Below, piece by piece: positions 25,854-27,137 of a stretch of 27,137 nt of DNA. The stretch spans positions 5,087 through 32,223 of the forward strand of contig JAPXME010000002.1 of NCBI GenBank assembly GCA_033809185.1, given 5' to 3'. The notes beneath the pieces were generated by a model. That model was given only the letters and a program-made list of their open reading frames with translations, was not told where the DNA came from and searched no databases. Source of the stretch: Clostridiaceae bacterium. Its GTDB lineage: Bacteria > Bacillota > Peptococcia > DRI-13 > JAPXME01. The first letter of the stretch is position 1; each line of letters begins with the position of its first letter. Position numbers and translations under genes: made by a program.

Positions 25854-26981
25854 TCATTGGGCTGTAGCCCCACCTAGCCCCTTCATAACCCCTTTCATGC
25901 CTGGTGTTGCTTCTAAATGTCCGTCTGGGAAAACCCAGAGAGCCTCTAGGCCTGGAATCTCACTAGCCAAAGTCCAACTTTCATCAAAAGGCAGGAGAAA
26001 AAGAGTGGTTGACATAAAATCTGCTATTCCAGAATCTTTGACCATTACTGTGACGGCACGATAATGATTGGCGGGCATCAGTGTCGAAGGGTCAATTATA
26101 TGGTGGTAGATTTCCCCATCAACTTGATAGTAGCGATTGTAATCACCGCTGGTAACTAAAGAAGTGTCTGTTGAAAATACAATATCTAAGGGATCATTTT
26201 GAGTCTTTCCATCATTCAACAAGGGATTTTGTATAGCTACTCCCCATTTGTTTTTATTTCTGGTAAGAGGTTTGCCAATTAGTTTAACATTACCACCGCT
26301 GCTAATAATCATCGAAGTTGCACCTTGGACCTCCAGTTCCCGGGCTACTATTTCAGTAGCATAACCTTTGGCCACGGCTCCCAAATCTAAGTTCATTCCC
26401 TTTTCCTGCAAAAAGACTGTCTTATTCCTTTCATCAACTATTACCTTATTCAAATCTGTATAAGTCGACGCTTTTTCTAACTCTTCCCTACTTGGCAATT
26501 GAGCTTTTTCTGGATTTATTGATCCTTGCTGACGATAATCATGCCAGATATTTATGACCGGCCCCAGGGCAATATTAACCTTATGGCCGGTTTTTTCGTA
26601 CCATTCCTTAGCAAAAAGTATCAGATCAATTATTTCTTCTGCCACTTCTACTGGCTTTAGTCCGGCATTATCATTAATGGTTTTAATATTATTTAGACCT
26701 GGATAAGAATTATATTTGTCATACAAGCAATGTAATTCCCCGAAACGTTCTTGAGCAACCTGCACATAGCCTTGGGCCTGTTTTTCATTCTCTGCGTATA
26801 TAATTACTTGAACTACTGTATCAAAAACACCCGGAATTTCATATGTGTATTGCTGATAATCCCTCTGGCCGCTAGCAGATATACAGCCGGTTAACAATAC
26901 AGCCAACAGTAAAACCGCTATGCTTAACTTTTTCATCTTACTCACCTTCGTTTGGAATTTTACCAAAGTTCTATACCACAT
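25854..26981 (-). CDS. apbE: FAD:protein FMN transferase (ApbE/Ftp) lipoprotein; start at 26981 (SD AGGAG) or 26936
   Basis: Lipobox LLTGC; FDTV, LDLGAVAKGYA, SSGGNV, TSGDYNRY, YHHIIDP.T..PA and AD.MST.LF motifs. Confidence 0.93.
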   Translation of the reverse strand: MWYRTLVKFQTKVSKMKKLSIAVLLLAVLLTGCISASGQRDYQQYTYEIPGVFDTVVQVIIYAENEKQAQGYVQVAQERFGELHCLYDKYNSYPGLNNIKTINDNAGLKPVEVAEEIIDLILFAKEWYEKTGHKVNIALGPVINIWHDYRQQGSINPEKAQLPSREELEKASTYTDLNKVIVDERNKTVFLQEKGMNLDLGAVAKGYATEIVARELEVQGATSMIISSGGNVKLIGKPLTRNKNKWGVAIQNPLLNDGKTQNDPLDIVFSTDTSLVTSGDYNRYYQVDGEIYHHIIDPSTLMPANHYRAVTVMVKDSGIADFMSTTLFLLPFDESWTLASEIPGLEALWVFPDGHLEATPGMKGVMKGLGGATAQ

Positions 26982-26994
26982 GGACTCTCTCCTA

Positions 26995-27135
26995 TTAATC
27001 ACGTTCATATCCTAGCCGCAGCAACCTTTGTAAGAGGACATGAGTTATCATTCCAGTCAAAGTACCAGTAATCAGGGCAGCCACAAAGAGAACAACTAGG
27101 TAATAAAAGACAGCTCCACTGTTCATCAGTAAAGA
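26995..27135 (-). CDS. 3' end of a Gx-transporter-family membrane protein (partial; runs off the window; not in the ORF track)
   Basis: Manual translation: ..SLLMNSGAVFYYLVVLFVAALITGTLTGMITHVLLQRLLRLGYERD*. This resembles the Gx/HepS-component-I C-terminus (FYYL..L....ITG...G), a family commonly adjacent to apbE. Confidence 0.6.
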   Translation of the reverse strand, partial: SLLMNSGAVFYYLVVLFVAALITGTLTGMITHVLLQRLLRLGYERD

Positions 27136-27137
27136 GG

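Overview
Chromosomal window from a low-GC, probably spore-forming Clostridia-type Firmicute (lonC between rplI and dnaB). The gene set (rpsF-ssb-rpsR, rplI-lonC-dnaB, DUF951, CvpA) is the one usually found close to the replication origin, and nearly all genes lie on the minus strand. It holds about 24 CDSs and two tRNAs (Lys-TTT, initiator Met). Other genes: a polar amino-acid ABC transporter, a BusR-like GntR/RCK_C regulator, an orphan ParM/StbA-type actin-like ATPase behind a secreted 7x Ig-like protein, a family-4 UDG, an OYE-type Fe-S flavoenzyme, niaX, an xpt plus nucleoside ABC operon, apbE, and the 3' end of a Gx-transporter gene. I saw no transposase, integrase, phage gene or CRISPR array. 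The best-supported non-obvious signals are regulatory: two bipartite PurR-type operators (one expected, at xpt; one in front of an uncharacterised FAD-dependent oxidoreductase that also has a structured 5' leader), a near-perfect NiaR-type palindrome at niaX, and an S6:S18 leader. The most unusual gene pairing is the exported multi-Ig protein apparently co-transcribed with a partner-less actin-like protein. All assignments come from motif recognition by eye; no searches or folding programs were run.
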